A DNA stretch of 63,843 bases, filler included, from Octopus bimaculoides (taxonomy: Eukaryota): NCBI RefSeq assembly GCF_001194135.2. It is 7 parts of 7 records of this genome, joined end to end, with 100 filler letters (N's around TTAATTAATTAA, not from the genome) between each part and the next. Parts side by side here need not be neighbours in the genome. Positions count along the whole stretch, not along the records: positions 58,291 to 62,561 come from NC_068991.1; positions 62,662 to 63,843 come from NW_026421508.1; 5 more parts are not named here. One strand, written 5' to 3'. The notes beneath the pieces were generated by a model. The model saw only the letters and a list, made by a program, of their open reading frames with translations, was not told where the DNA came from and made no database searches. The translations under genes were made by a program, and so were the position numbers. This document shows, in pieces, positions 62,421 through 63,843 of the stretch. Position 1 is the stretch's first letter; each line of letters starts with the position of its first letter.

Positions 62421-63843
62421 AATCATGTTCATAGCATAGATTTCGCAACTGTTGCTACATTGGCACCAGTCATGCATAAAAAGGTTGTTACAATACAGCT
62501 GCAGATTTGCTATATATTCTGATTAACAAAGATCAAAATTAAAATAGGTAAAGAAAAACACNNNNNNNNNNNNNNNNNNNNNNNNNNNNNNNNNNNNNNN
62601 NNNNNTTAATTAATTAANNNNNNNNNNNNNNNNNNNNNNNNNNNNNNNNNNNNNNNNNNNNATTCTGATACCCGGTGCGAATCATCATGATACAGGTAAC
62701 TCTCTTCGGAACTTAAATTAAACTATGGACTTGATATAATGGAATATAAAGAAAAAGGAAGTAAGTGATGTTACTTGGTTGGGCAGGTAGCGTTACTTTC
62801 ATTTTTCATTTTTTCATTACCATTGGACCATACGTTTTGTTTTTTGTGTTTTTCATTTGTTCATTGTCCCCACATGTATTGTATATTCCCCTCTTTGTTG
62901 GCCCCTTGCGAGCAATAAATAATCATCTCTTACAACATCCAGGTGGCTTTCGGTCCTCTATGTCAGCTAACATTATCTCAACTACAACTCACCAGGTGAC
63001 AGCGTAACGCACTTCAGCCTAACCGTATTAATATAGAGATAAAAAAATATATATTCTGAATAATATATCGGCGGTATTTGTCAGTGTTAGTAAAAATGAC
63101 ACAAAAATCTCATTCTTATTTCTTATATATTTTTCAAAAAATTCTTTTCCGTGCACCAATCTGGTGTCAGTTGTTCTACCCTTCTCCTCTGTTTCCCCGC
63201 GTCTCCTTTCTCTTCGTACGTATTCTCTTTTGAAGGGAGGGAACTCTACAATTAGCATTAGGGGATTTAACTCCTGCTTTTTGTAGGCGACGTCAACTAG
63301 AACAGGGTTTTTTTTTCCAACAGCATTTCTCCACTAATTAGCTTACTCTGAATATATATATGATATTTAATGCTAATTACTAATTAGAGCAACGAATTCT
63401 AAGCTAGCGCGCTATCTGCTAGAAACAGCAGCTACTTTTTCTTCAAATCACATGCTACCGTCTTCGAAAACAAAAGGCTATTGTCGGATTAAATAATAGT
63501 CGTATATACCACTTAGGAAAAAAAACGGGATAGTCGTGTCTGGAATACCTCCCATCAAATGATCTGCTCAATTACGATTGATCTAGTACTGAAGGAAAAT
63601 AAATAATAAGGAGATAAAGCATGGTTACGTTTCTCACTTCTCAGCTTCCTTCAATCTCCCTTCTCCCTCTCCTCCCCTCTATTTCTTTCTCTATTTCTTT
63701 CTTTCTCTCTCTCTCTCCCACTCTCTCTCCCTCTCCCTCTCTATTTCTTTCTTTTTTTTCTCCCCACCCTCTCTCTCTGAAACTTTTTCTGGTGAAAAAG
63801 CGACGTGAACAGAGCTGCTTTTATTTGTGTGAGTGAGTGTATG

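Overview
Eukaryotic, AT-rich, microsatellite-saturated genomic DNA with many N gaps. The SINE families and the TTAATTAATTAA gap-stuffers suggest an octopus draft assembly, probably Octopus bimaculoides (inference from recalled repeat families, not a database search). Nearly all ORFs in the supplied track are artefacts of microsatellites or N runs. The only convincing host coding sequence is two + strand phase-1/phase-1 exons (60770-60832, 61875-62033). They splice in frame into the start of an MMP-type hemopexin beta-propeller; I saw no catalytic HExxHxxGxxH exon upstream in the sequenced parts. The rest is intronic or intergenic mobile-element debris: about 30 SINE copies (three tRNA-derived families plus a V-domain family), two mariner fossils, several Penelope-like RT and GIY-YIG fossils, a LINE RT fossil, a Helentron-associated element and a hAT MITE remnant. 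The most interesting signals are structural: (1) several type I hammerhead-ribozyme-like motifs, one inside a ~432-bp unit with ~125-bp terminal direct repeats just downstream of a tRNA-SINE head (retrozyme-like); (2) a possible HDV-like fold in an RTE-like leader; (3) a ~1.15-kb foldback; (4) a ~110-bp hairpin; (5) a ~125-bp tandem array. Repeat boundaries were read by eye and are approximate to within about 20 bp.
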